A stretch of 64,000 nt of DNA, taken from Mobula birostris (lineage: Eukaryota). The notes under the pieces were generated by a model that did no database searches, was not told the origin of the DNA, and saw only the letters and a list, made by a program, of their open reading frames with translations. The DNA is taken from the NCBI RefSeq assembly GCF_030028105.1, contig NC_092383.1:87625921-87689920 (forward strand). Reading direction: 5' to 3'. Position numbers and translations under genes: made by a program. The number at the start of each line of letters is the position of its first letter. Position 1 is the first letter of the stretch. Below are positions 34,711 to 47,300 of this stretch, piece after piece.

Positions 34711-35499
34711 TCTTAGATAACCAATGCAATAGATGTATGTTTAATAAAAATTATCTTAATGAAAACTCGTTATGGACAATGCCAGAAATAACCCTGGAAT
34801 CAGTTAAGTGATTTATTGTTATCATTTCAAGATTATTATTTTAATGGTGTCCAGTGCTTAAATCATCAAAACTTAGGGTTATTCCTTGTCCTCAGACCCG
34901 GGCCTTGCCGTGTTGATATGCTCTCGGGCCTGAGCCCTACCGCCTCATCTCATCCCACACCTGGCCTTTCCAATTCAGGCTAGTGCTGAAGTCGATCAAA
35001 CCTCAGGTCTTTCCTCACTCTCGGGCCCAGGATCTACCTCAACTCTGCCTCACCTCGGTTCTGCCTCATCAAATTGCCTCCATGTCCACTCCAGCCAAAC
35101 ATTGGTTCATTCCCCGCTCTCATGCCCAGGCCCTGGTGCCTCAATTCGGCCTATTCACACCACACTGCTACTGACCCACTCCTCCAAGACTTCAGTTCAC
35201 ACTGCAAAAATACCAGATTGTAAAGGAAGTTCCAAAGCTTAACTTCAATAAAGAAGTTACAGGCTACTGCTTAGTGATCATTTATTAAGTGTAATTAATG
35301 AAGTATTTAGTTGTTTTCTTGGTTTTGTTTGCCACCAACAAGTAGTCTCTGAGCTTCACCAGTGCCACCTTATACTGGATACAATGGAAATAGCTCTAAG
35401 TAAATAGAAAAAATATAAATGTTTTGTTTTAGGTCTGCAGTAATAATTTTCAAACACCCTTTTCCTTAATTAGTCAAAATCTGTGCTTGTGCATCGATG

Positions 35500-35712
35500 A
35501 TGATTTTCATCCTTGACAGCTGGTTTTGTCAAGAGGCGAGAAGTGGTCCAAATTATCCATCATCTTGCCAAGAACCTTTATTGTCAGAGGGCAGTGTTGT
35601 GCAGGTTGGTAGAGGACTTTTATATTGTCAATGTTGTGTGTAAAGCCTATTCTCGCACATGTTTCAGTGACATCAGCAATGATGGATGGGAACACAATGT
35701 CCCAGTGCATTG
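35500..35712 (-). mobile_element. RTE-type RT fragment
   Basis: IIADVTETCARIGFTHNI..KVLYQP..DHF resembles the RTE RT region after the FADD motif. Confidence 0.5.
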
Positions 35713-35719
35713 AATTGAC

Positions 35720-36990
35720 TTGACTTTATGTCTTACATCCTTCACATGCATGAGGAGTAAAAATCTTGACGTTACGTCTCCATCTAAATGTGAAATGTGC
35801 AATTTATAGCAATTTGTAATAAATAATATGTACAACAGGACAGTCAATGTAGCATTGAAATACAATTGTATCAGCTTGAATTAATCAGTCTGGTAGGAGA
35901 AGCTGTCCTGGAGCACATTGGTCCTGGCTTTTATGCTACAGTACTGTTTCCTGGATGTAGCAGCTGGAAAAGTTTGTGTTTCTGGTGACTTGGGTTCCCA
36001 ATGATCCTTCAGGCCCTTTCTACACACCTGTCTTTGTAAATGTCCTGAATAGTGGGAAGTTCACATCTACAGATGCACTGGGCTGTCCACATCGCTCTCT
36101 GTAGAGTCCTGCGATTGAAAGAAGTACAATTCCCATGCCAGGCATTGATGTAGCCAATCAGGATGCTTTCAATTGTGCCCCTGTAGAAAGTTCTTAGGAT
36201 TTGGGAGCCCATAACAAACTTCTTCAACCATCTGAGGTGAAAGAGACGCGGCTGTGCCTTTTTCACCGCACAGCTGGTATGTACAGGCCACACAAGATCC
36301 TCGGTCATGTGTTTGCCAAGGAACTTAAAGCTGTTCACCTTCTTGACCCCAGATCTACTGATGTTAATAGGGTTAGCCTGTCTCCATTCCTCCTGTAATC
36401 CACAACTACCCCCTTTGTTTTTGCGACATTGAGGGAGAGGTTGTTTTCTTGACACCACTGTGTCAGGGTGATGACTTCTTCTCTATAGGCTGCCTCGTTA
36501 TTATTTGAGATAATGTCAATCGATGTAGTGTCATCAGCAAATTTAATTAACAAATTGGCGTTGTGGGTGGCGACACAGTCATGGGTATACAGAGAATAAA
36601 GGAGGGGGCTTAGGACACAGCCCTGAGGGGCACCTATGCAGAGGTGAGGGAGCCTACTCTTACCACCTGCTGACAACCTGACAGGAAGTCCAGGATCCAG
36701 CTGTGCAAGGCAAGGTGAAGGCCAAGGTCTCTGAGCTTCTTGTCAAGCCTGAAGGGATTTATGGTGTTGAGTATTGAACTATAGTCCAAGAACAGCATTT
36801 TCACATAAGCATCCTTCTTCTCCAGATGTATAAGGGTGGTGTGTTAAGCTATGGCTATTACATCATCTGTTGATCAGTTGTGACGGTAGGTGAATTGTAG
36901 GGGGTGCAGTGTGGGTGGTAGCATGCTGCAGATGTAGTCATTGACCAGCCTCTCAAAGCATTTGCTTATTATTGAGGTTATTACAGATGC
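35720..36990 (-). mobile_element. Rex1-type LINE, decayed
   Basis: ORFs 36335..36676 and 36009..36458: [43 protein letters not shown]. Confidence 0.8.
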
Positions 36991-37099
36991 AGGTGTCATC
37001 TATAGACTGCAATTCAGCTACTGGAGATCAAGTGAGGTGTGGCCTCTGTCGGATGAATAGCTTCTTATTAGTTCTGAACATCAGCTCCACTCCTGCAGG

Positions 37100-37830
37100 A
37101 CTGATGTACAGCATTGTAGTAATGGGAAGAAAATTCAAAACTCAGAGGTGTAGCAGAACTTCGAAGTCCTTGTTCAGGATTCCCTAAAGGTTAACTTGCA
37201 AGTTGAGTTGGTGGTAAGGAAGGCAAATGCAATGTTATCATTCATATCAGAAGGAGCAGAATATAAAAGCAAGGATGTAATGCTGAGGCCTTATAAGTCT
37301 TTGGTCAGACCACACTTGGACCATTGTGGGCAGTTTTGGACCATTTATCTAAGAGAGGATGTGCTGACATTGGAGAGGTTCAAGAGAATGATCCTAGGAA
37401 TTAAAGAGTTAATGTATTAGGAACATTTGATGGCTCTGAGCCTGTACTTGCTGGAGCTTAGAAGAATGAGGGATGATTTCACAGAAACTTATCAAATATT
37501 GAAATATGTAGATAGAATGGATATTGAGAGAATGTTTTCTGTAGTGGGGGACTCTAGGTCCAGAGGGCACAACCTCAGAATACAAGGACATCCTTTTGGA
37601 GCAGAGATGAGGAGGAATTTCTTTAGCCGGAGGGTAGTGAACCTGTCGAATTCATTGCTACAGATGGCAGTGGAGGCAAAGTAATTGGGTATATTTAAAG
37701 CGAAGGTTGATAGGTTCTTGATTAGTAAGGCCATTGGGTTAGGGGAGAAGTCAAGAGAAGGGGGCTGTGAGGGATAATAAATCAGCCATGATGGAATGGC
37801 AGAGCAGGCTCGATGGGCCAAATGGTTTCA
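37100..37830 (+). mobile_element. CR1 LINE 3' end
   Basis: KANAMLSFI..KDVMLRPYKSLVRPHLD..LERF; SRGHNLRIQGHPFGAEMRRNFFSRRVVN. Confidence 0.8.
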
Positions 37831-40354
37831 TGGTCTTATGATGGAGTCAAAGGTTTTAATAGGTCAAAAATGTTCTTGTGTAATGGTGGTTGTTGCTCCC
37901 TACAATTCTCATAGAGTTATCATATTCTCCTGTGTAACTTTTTGGGCAAAGTCCATGTTGTGATTTGACGAACATACCTTATAACATTTTGAATATACTA
38001 TAAACTAGACTGACAAGGAGCGATATTAATTTTGCAATAACATTAATGAGAGATCATTAGTTCAGTGTCACATGTTCTACATTACAACAAGGTCCATATC
38101 TACCCCCAAGTTTGACCAGTTCCTATGATGATGAAGGCTACGATCACTCTTCAATGGTTTTTAGGAATAAGCAAGACAAACAGTTTTGTAATTACCATTT
38201 ATAAATACCATTTGAGTTATAGCTGAGGTGTTAAAGTAACAACTTACTTATAGTGTATTTTTAACATGGTAAAATATCCCATCATGTTATTTAAGGAGAG
38301 TTCACAGGGAGATACTTATGCAAGGATTATTAAGAGAACCACTCTTCAAAAGATAAATTAACAAAAGACTTCTCCCCCATTCACGCAATCAGCCTAAGGT
38401 CAGGGGAAATGTTACAAGTAGTGGATTATTAGAGTTCATTCAGAAAGCTTGGCTCCAGTGTGACTGAAACTGGGTTAAAAATGAACTGATAGCAAAAGAA
38501 ACTTCCATTTCCTTATAGAGCACTTGAAAGCCAAGCAAAGTAATTGCAGTAGAACTAGATGACCATAACATCTCATCAATATTGGAGAGGACAGTACAGT
38601 GGTATAGCACAATCACTTTACTGCGCCACCGATCACCGGTCCAGGTTTGATTCCCTGTAAGGCTGCTGCCTGTAAAGAAGTTGTTTATTCTCCCCGTGAC
38701 TGCGTGAGTTTCCTGTGGTGCTACGGTTTCTTTCCACATTCCATTAGGGTTAGTAAGTTGTGGGCATGCTACGTCAGTGGCAGAAGTGTGGTGACACTTG
38801 TGGGCTGCCCCCAGCACTTTGCTTGGACTGTGCTGGTCATTGACATAAATGACACATTTCACTACATGTTCAAAGTTCAAAGTTCAAGCCCACCACTCCT
38901 ATGCCAAACCTTATGCCTATCTATACTAGACCATGTCCTCCTATTCCTCTCCTATTGTGGAGATTGTCTAATTTCTTCTTGTATCTAACTTCTCCACTTC
39001 TTTTGGCAGAACATTCCAGATATCAGCATCACTTTGTGTAAAACATAGCCTACAGATCTCCTTTAAAACAACTTCCTCCCATCTTCAAGCTATGCTGTCT
39101 TGTTTTTCATACTCCTACCAAGAGAATAGTTTAGCTATCTACCTTAACTGTGCCATTCATATGCAGTATCTATCATATCATCCCTCAGCCTCCTTCACTC
39201 CAAAATAAACAAGTCTTGCCTATCCAATCTCTCCTCTGCCTGAAGTCCTCCAGCCCAGGCAACATTCTGGTGATTCTCCTCTGCATTCTCTTCAGCATAC
39301 TCACAACGTTCCTATGGCATGGCAAAGAAAAGTGCACCCAATGCTCAAAGTATAACTGAACCATAGTTAAGGAAAGTTGTAACATAGCATCTCAATTCTT
39401 ACATTCTATGTCACAAACAATGAAGGTGGACACATTACCGGCCTTCTTCATCTCTCTGCCAATCTGTGTTGCTGCTGTCGGGGGAGTTATGAAGCTGAGC
39501 ACTATGTGTCTGTTTATCGACCTTCCTTTGAGCCCAACCACTAATTGCATGTGTCCTATCTCGACTTCACTTGTCAAGTGAGTTGCTTTGCACTTCATGT
39601 GATTAAATTCCATCCACCTTTCCTTAGACAACCTTCCTTGCTAATCACAGTGCCAGTAATGTTTGTGTCATCTCTAATGCCAGTGACCTGGGTTCCAATC
39701 CTATCATTGTGCATAGGGAGTTTGTACACTCTTCCCGTGTCTGCGTAAGATTCCTCTGGGTGCTCCAGCTTCGTTCCATATTCCAAAGATGTATGGATTA
39801 GTAAGTTAATTGGTCACAGCGACAGCATGGGTTCATTGGGTCAAAAGGGCTGGTTGCCGTGCTTACAATTCACTGTTTAGGCCATTTAAACACTGGCCTA
39901 GATCAGAGGTGAGAGCCAATTTCACTCACTCTCTGTGATCTTCGCTCCTTCTTCAGGGTGCTGGAGCCTTTCACTGTTCTGCTGTTGAGTCAATTTAAAT
40001 GCTGGCCTAGACAGACTGAAAAGACAAGGGTGTTGGTCGGAATGAGAGCCTATTTCGCTTGTTCTCTGTGGTAGCTATCTCAGTGGCGCTGAGGCTATGA
40101 AGACTGCCCCAGCTGCTGTACTCCGTGTCCACTAATATGTTGAATTGATAAGTAAGGCTTTGGGCCTCGTCCGGGGTTCAGATTATGACAACTCAATTTT
40201 TGGTTTGGAATGCTGTTGTTGATCGCTTCAATTGTTTGCATGATCAAAATTTCTTTTTTCTTTCTCTTGCATATCCAGTGTTTGTCTTTTACTTTTCTAT
40301 TTTCATTTTTTTTTAATTGGGCTCTTTCAGGTTTCTTGCTTTGTGCTACCTGTC

Positions 40355-40501
40355 AGCAAGCAAGTCTAAAGGTTGTATAATTTATACATTCTTTGATAAT
40401 AAAAGCAAGCAAATCTCAAGGTTGTATAACTTATACATTCTTTGATAATAAAAGCAAGCAAATCTCAAGGTTGTATAACTTATACATTCTTTGATCATAA
40501 A
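40355..40501 (+). repeat. Three tandem 49-bp copies of a LINE 3' terminus
   Basis: agcaagc at 40355, 40404 and 40453 (period 49); followed by an (ATCTTG)n tail. Confidence 0.9.
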
Positions 40502-41159
40502 TGAATCTTGATTCTTGAATCTTGAAATACCTCTTCTATTCACATCCAGGTCATTAGTAACCATTACAAAGATCAATAGTAACAGCACCAATCCCTGTGT
40601 ATTCACTAGTCAGCATCTTCCTATGTGAAAAACATCCTATCTTCTGCTTCTATCACCAAACTAAGTTTAGATCCAATTAGCCAGCTCACCTTGGACCCCA
40701 TGTGCCTTAACCTTCTGAATAAGCCTACAATTGCCCCATAACCCACTTGAACTGGTCTCTATTATTGATATTCCTTTTGTCCTATCCATCTTTCCTGCCT
40801 TCTTCTCTCTCCACAGATGCTGCCTGACCTGCTGAGTATTTCTAGAATCTTCTGTCAATATTTTCCACCTTACCTCCTTTCAGCACACCTTAAGGTCAGG
40901 TCCTTAATTACATCGGTCTATTCTGAATTAAACAGAGCATCTGCTGTTTAACACATGACCCAGCCAGCTATCAAAGACAGAGCAATTTGGTATTCCATTC
41001 CACCAGTTTTAAGAAATAATTTATCATAAGATCTCAAAATACAGTCACTAAAAACAATATTTACTCAGCCATTCCTTAATGGCTATTCTTGAGATTAGCA
41101 GAGAGCTGGAATCATGAAAATATAAATATCAGAGTAATTCATTTTGTCACAAGTTCCAC

Positions 41160-41225
41160 CCTATTCCTATAAATATGCTTCCTGCAACCAATGAAACTCA
41201 GTAGAGCTGTGCAGATATAAAATAG
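41160..41225 (+). promoter_or_regulatory. Candidate core promoter of gene 2
   Basis: TATA-like tataaat (~41168) and tataaaa (~41216) plus Ets-like ttcc motifs, 50-110 nt upstream of the ATG; motif-only evidence. Confidence 0.25.
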
Positions 41226-41267
41226 GAACAATATCATAAGCTTCACAGGATTCAAAAGCAGTAAAGC

Positions 41268-41307
41268 ATGGACTTTGTGTTTCTTTATTTCATGATCACC
41301 CTGTCAG
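41268..41307 (+). CDS. Gene 2 leader exon
   Basis: Kozak AGCATGG; [13 protein letters not shown]; perfect donor G|GTAAGT in phase 1; completes the signal peptide ...LSVANA with the V exon. Confidence 0.8.
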
Positions 41308-44300
41308 GTAAGTGACTGCAACTCTTCTTGAAATCATATTGGTATTTGATAATATGCAAGTTAGATTTTAGTATAACTAGGGACAATCAGAAGAGCTTGC
41401 ATGTTGACAGCTAATTTAAATGGATGGAATATCTTGCGATCTCTATCATTCAATTTCTTCACCTCCTGTATATATTGTTTCCTAGAGAATTGGACATATC
41501 CAACCATGGAAACAAGAGGATCAGAATTAATGCCCTACATTTCTGGGTGTATGTATCAACTTGTACACAAATCAGCCATCATACTTTCTTCATTACAATA
41601 TGACATGGTTGCAAATTGCTTTGGGATTTTTTGAAGATGATCCAAGTTTTCCTTATTTTCATCAGCTTTGTGCATCATCTACTCTAGATAGATGCATTTA
41701 TATTTCCTTTTCAAATAATTAAAGCTAGTTTAAGCACGGGCATGTCCCAGCAAATGACAAAGCTTTATCGATTATCTATTTTTAAAATCATTTTCTATTT
41801 TTTAGTGCACGAAGTGGACTGTTACGAGCCATATTGTACTAGTATAAAGCCCGTTTGGAGACTGGACAAAAATTAATTGCAAAATGATATGAAGAATTGT
41901 GAAATTATCTACTTTTGCAGGAAGCAAAGAAAAGCAGAACATTCTGTGTATATTTTTAAGAGATGAGAGGGTAGTCAAAACTTGGAATTTCCAGAGATCT
42001 AAGTTGCCCCGTGTGTGAAACTGCTCCCATAATTAGAGAAATTCAGGGCCGAGGGAAGGTATTTACAGCAATTTGCAAGGATCGACAGATGACATAAGGA
42101 AAACTAATTTAGAGATTATAAAATTCAGGCAAGGATTTATGACCTGCCAGTAAGTCTCTCAGTCCCCATGAAAGCCCATACATTTAAAGGGTAAACTGAA
42201 ACTGCTGAATAAAATGCAGAACAGGCTGTGAGCAAAACAGCAACAACTTTTTAAACATTTCAAAGTTCAAAGTAAATTTATTACCAAAGTACAAATACAG
42301 TATCACTCCATATACCACCCTGAGCTTAATTTTCTTGCAAGCAGTTACAGAAAATAGAAAGAAATTCAATAGAATCAATGAAAAACCACACAGGGCAGAG
42401 ACAGTCAAACAACCAATCTGCAAAAGATAACAAATTTTGGAAACACAAAAAAAGGAAAATAATAATAATAATATTAATAATAGTATCTATGTAAACCTTC
42501 AGAAAGCCACAATACTAAACAGCACTAGAATACTCCAAAGTTCCTAGCAATTGAGAAATGAGCGTACTTGGCTATTCCTGTATCTCAGGTTTTACCAGCT
42601 TAAGTAGAGCTCAGCAATAAAAACATAACAGAGACAATAAACACCTTTGCTACATCTATATTAATGTATCCTTTCGACATGATATCTTGGTCTGAAACAG
42701 ACCTGGAAAATTTACAAAGAAAAGTAAGAAGAAAAAAATGACAGATTTCAGAAAACGTTATGTACACGCTAATGCACTTAGATTAACACTACCTTTGACA
42801 GAAGGAGAAAGAGGAATAACAGATATTAAAAATCTACACAACAGTCAGATAAAACTTCTAAGAATATATTGTCATCAGTGAAAACAGGATTCAGCACTCC
42901 ATGTGAACATAAGACCATAAGACAAAGAAGCAGAAGTTGGCCATTCAGCCCATTGAGTCTGCTCCGCCATTTTATCATGAGCTGATCCATTCTCCCATTT
43001 AGTCCCACTCCCCAGCCTTCTCACCATAACCTTTGATGCCCTGGCTACTCAGATACCTGTCAATCTCTGCCTTAAATACACCCAGTGACTTGGCCTCCAC
43101 TGCTGCCCGTGGCAACAAATTCCATAGATTCACCACCCTCTGGCTAAAAAAATTTCTTCACATCTCTGTTCTGAATGGGCGCTCTTCAATCCTCAAGTCA
43201 TGCCCTCTCGTACAAGACTCCCCCATCATGGGAAACAACTTTGCCACATCCACTGTGTCCATGCCTTTCAACATTTGAAATGTTTCTATGAGGTCCCCCC
43301 TCATTCTTCTAAACTCCAAGGAATACAGTCCAAGAGCGGACAAATGTTCCTCATATGTTAACCCTCTCGTTCCCGGAAGCATTCTAGTGAATCTTCTCTG
43401 TACCCTCTCCAACGTCAGCACATCCTTTCTTAAATAAGGAGCCCAAAACTGCCCACAGTACTCCAAGTGAGGTCTTACCAGCACCTTATAGAGCCTCATA
43501 ATCACATCCCTGCTCCTATACCCTATTCCTCTAGAAATGAATGCCAACATTGCATTTGCCTTCTTCACCACCGACTCAACCTGGAGGTTAACCTTAAGGG
43601 TATCCTGCACGAGGACTCCCAATCCCATTGCATCTCAGAACTTTGAATTCTCTCCCCATTTAAATAACAGTCTGCCCGTTTATTTCTTCTGTCAAAGTGC
43701 ATAACCATATACTTTCCAATATTGTATTTCATTTGCCACTTCTTTGCCCATTCTTCCAATCTATCCAAGTCTCTCTGCAGACTCTCCGTTTCCTCAGCAC
43801 TACCGGCCCCTCCACCTATCTTCGTATCATCAGCAAACTTAGCCACAAAGCCATCTATTCCATAATCCTCTCACTTCCTCCAAACTAAAGGTGTAGCTAT
43901 GGGCACCCGTATGGGTCCTAGCTATGCCTGCCTTTATGTTGGCTTTGTGGAACAATCTATGTTCCGTGCCTATTCTGGTATCTGTCCCCCACTTTTCTTT
44001 CACTACATCGACGACTGCATTGGCGCTGCTTCCTGCACGCATGCAGAGCTCATTGACTTTATTAACTTTGCCTCCAACTTTCACCCTGCCCTCAAGTTTA
44101 CCTGGTCCATTTCCGACACCTCCCTCCCCTTTCTAGATCTTTCTGTCTCTGTCTCTAGAGATAGCTTATCCACTGATGTCTACTATAAGCCTACTGACTC
44201 TCCCAGCTATCTGGGCTATTCCTCTTCTCACCCTGTCTCTTGCAAAAACGCCATCCCCTTCTCGCAATTCCTCCATCTCCGCCGCATCTGCTCTCAGGAT

Positions 44301-47300
44301 GAGGCTTTTCATTCTAGGATGAGGGAGATGTCCTCCTTTTTTAAAGAAAGGGGCTTCCCTTCCTCCACTATCAACTCTGCTCTTAAACGCATCTCTCCCA
44401 TTTCACGTACATCTGCTCTCACTCCATCCTCCCGCCACCCCACTAGGAATAGGGTTCCCCTGGTCCTCACCTACCACCCCACCAGCCTCCGGGTCCGACA
44501 TATTATTCTCCATAACTTCCGCCACCTCCAACAGGATCCCACCACTAAGCACATCTTTCCCTCCCCCCCCTCTCTGCTTTCCGCAGGGATCGCTCCCTAC
44601 GTGACTCCCTTGTCCATTCGTCCCCCCCATCCCTCCCCACTGATCTCCCTCCTGGCACTTATCCGTGTAAGCGGAACAAGTGCTACCCATGCCCTTACAC
44701 TTCCTCCCTTACCACCATTCAGGGCCTCAAACAGTCCTTCCAGGTGAGGTGACACTTCACCTGTGAGTCGGCTGGGGTGATATACTGCGTCTATATATTG
44801 GCGAGACCCGACGCAGACTGGGAGACCGCTTTGCTGAACACCTACGCTCTGTCCGCCAGAGAAAGCAGGATCTCCCAGTGGCCACACATTTTAATTCCAC
44901 ATCCCATTCCCATTCTGACATGTCTATCCATGGCCTCCTCTACTGTAAAGATGAAGCCACACTCAGGTTGGAGGAACAACACCTTATATTCCGTCTGGGT
45001 AGCCTCCAACCTGATGGCATGAACATCGACTTCTCTAACTTCCGCTAATGCCCCACCTCCCCCTCGTACCCCATCTGTTACTTATTTTTATACACACATT
45101 CTTTCTCTCGCTCTCCTTTTTCTCCCTCTGTCCCTTTGAATATACCTCTTGCCCATCCTCTGGGTCCCCCCCCCTTGTCTTTCTTCCTGGGCCTCCTGTC
45201 CCATGATCCTCTCGTATCCCTTTTGCCAATCACCTGTCCAGCTTTTGGTTCTATCCCTCCCCCTCCTGTCTTCTCCTATCATTTTGGATCTTCCCCTCCA
45301 ACTTTCAAATCTCTTACTCACTCTTCCTTCAGTTAGTCCTGACGAAGGGTCTCAGCCTGAAACGTCGACTGCACCTCTTCCTAGAGATGCTGCCTGGCCT
45401 GCTGCATTCACCAGCAACTTTGATGTGTGTTGCTTGAATTTCCAGCATCTGCAGAATTCCTGTTGTTTATTCCATAATCCAAATCGTTGAATACAACGTA
45501 AAAAGAAGTGGCCCCAACACAGACCCCTGTGGAACACCACTGGTAACCGGCAGCCAACCAGAATAGGATCCCTTTATTCCCACTCACTGCTTCCTGCCAA
45601 TCAGCCAACACCCTATCCACGTATGTAACTTTTCCGTAATTTCATGGGCTCTTATCTTGTTAAGCAGCCTCATGTGTGGTACCTTGTCAAAGGCCTTCTG
45701 AAAATCCAAATATACAACATCCACTGCCTCTCCCTTGTCTAGCCTACTGGTAATTTTCTCAAAAAATTGTAATAGGTTTGTCAGGCAGGATTTTCCTTTA
45801 AGAAAACCATGCTGAGTTCTGCCTATCTTGTCATATGCCTCCAGGTACTCTGTAACCTCATCCTTGACAGTCAACTCCAACAACTTCCCAACCACCGATG
45901 TCAAGCTAACAGGTCTATAATTTCCTTTTTGCTTCCTTGTCCCATTCTTAAATAGCGGAGTGACATTTGCAATCTTCCAGTCCTCCAGAACCATGCCAGA
46001 ATCTATCGACTTTTGAAAGATCATCGCTAATGCCTCCGCAATCTCCACAGCTACTTCCTTCAGAACACAAGGGTGCATTCCATCTGGTCCGGGAGATTTA
46101 TCAACCCTTAGACTATTCAGCTTCCTGAGTACTTTCTCTGTCGTAATTGTGACTGCGCACACTTCTCTTCCCTGCCACCCTTGAGTGTCCGGTATACTGC
46201 TGATGTCTTCCTCACTGAAGACTGATACAAAATACTCGTTCAGTTCCTCCGCCATCTCCTTATCTCCCATTACAATTTCTCCAGCATCATTTTCTATCAG
46301 TCCTATATCTACTCTCACCTGTCTTTTACTCTTTATATACTTGAAAAAGCTTTTAGTATCCTCTTTGATATTATTTGCTAGCTTCCTTTCATAGATAATC
46401 TTTTCCCTCTTCACAAGCTTCTTAGTTTCCTTTTGTAAGCTTTTAAAAACCTCCCAATCCTCTGTCTTCCCACTAATTTTTGCTTCCTTGTATGCCCTCT
46501 CCTTTGCTTTAACTTTTGCTTTGACTTCTCTTGTCAACCACGGTTGCATCCTTTTTCCATTCAAAAATTTCTTCTTTTTTGTAATATACCTATCTTGCAT
46601 CTTCCTCACTTCTCGCATAAACTCCAGCCACTGCTGCTGTGCTGTCCTTCCCACCAGTGCCCCTTTCCAGTCAACTTTCACGAGTTCCTCTCTCATGCCA
46701 CTATAATTTCCTTTACTCCACTGAAATACCGACATATACAATTCTGATAAGAAGTACACACCACTAAACTTAAATGAGAGCATAACCCAGGAAAATGAAC
46801 AAATTATCATTGTTGAAGAAAAAGTTAACCAATGGTGGAGCATGACCTTCATGGAAGACATCCCCATGATCCTTGCAGATCAGATGTCGACAAGGAAGCG
46901 TTGAACGCCTGGCTCAGAATTGGGGACCTCTTCCCCGAAACAAAAGGATTCCTTGTGGTAATATAGGACCAGGTGGTTAACACACTCAAAAAAAATCAAA
47001 ATTACATAATAAAAGACCAACAAATTCAAGATGATAAATGTAGAAAATGACGAGAAAAACAATAAACAATCCAACACGTTACAGGATCCTGTAGCAGTTT
47101 AATTCAATCTGATTACTTACACAGGCACAATCAAGTAGCAAATATCATTCATCAAAATCTTGCTTTAAAGTACAAACATAAAAAAATCATACCTTACGAT
47201 AAATACAATCATGATCGAGCTTTCGGGTCAGAATACCACAAATTATATTACGACTGATCCATTATTATAGATAGGACAATCCGTAACAATACAGGATAAA

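Larger units (their letters stand above)
42912..46731 (-). mobile_element. CR1 (HER1-like) LINE, 5'-truncated, split by a Penelope insertion
   Basis: ORF 45584..46867 ([33 protein letters not shown]), then [10 protein letters not shown] | [17 protein letters not shown]; (ATAAGACC)n tail; ACATA duplicated at 42907-42911 and 46732-46736. Confidence 0.9.

Noticed and set aside
45584-46867. 427-aa ORF as an intact protein
   Set aside because: CR1 ORF2 fragment; its first ~45 residues are antisense Dong sequence across the insertion junction.
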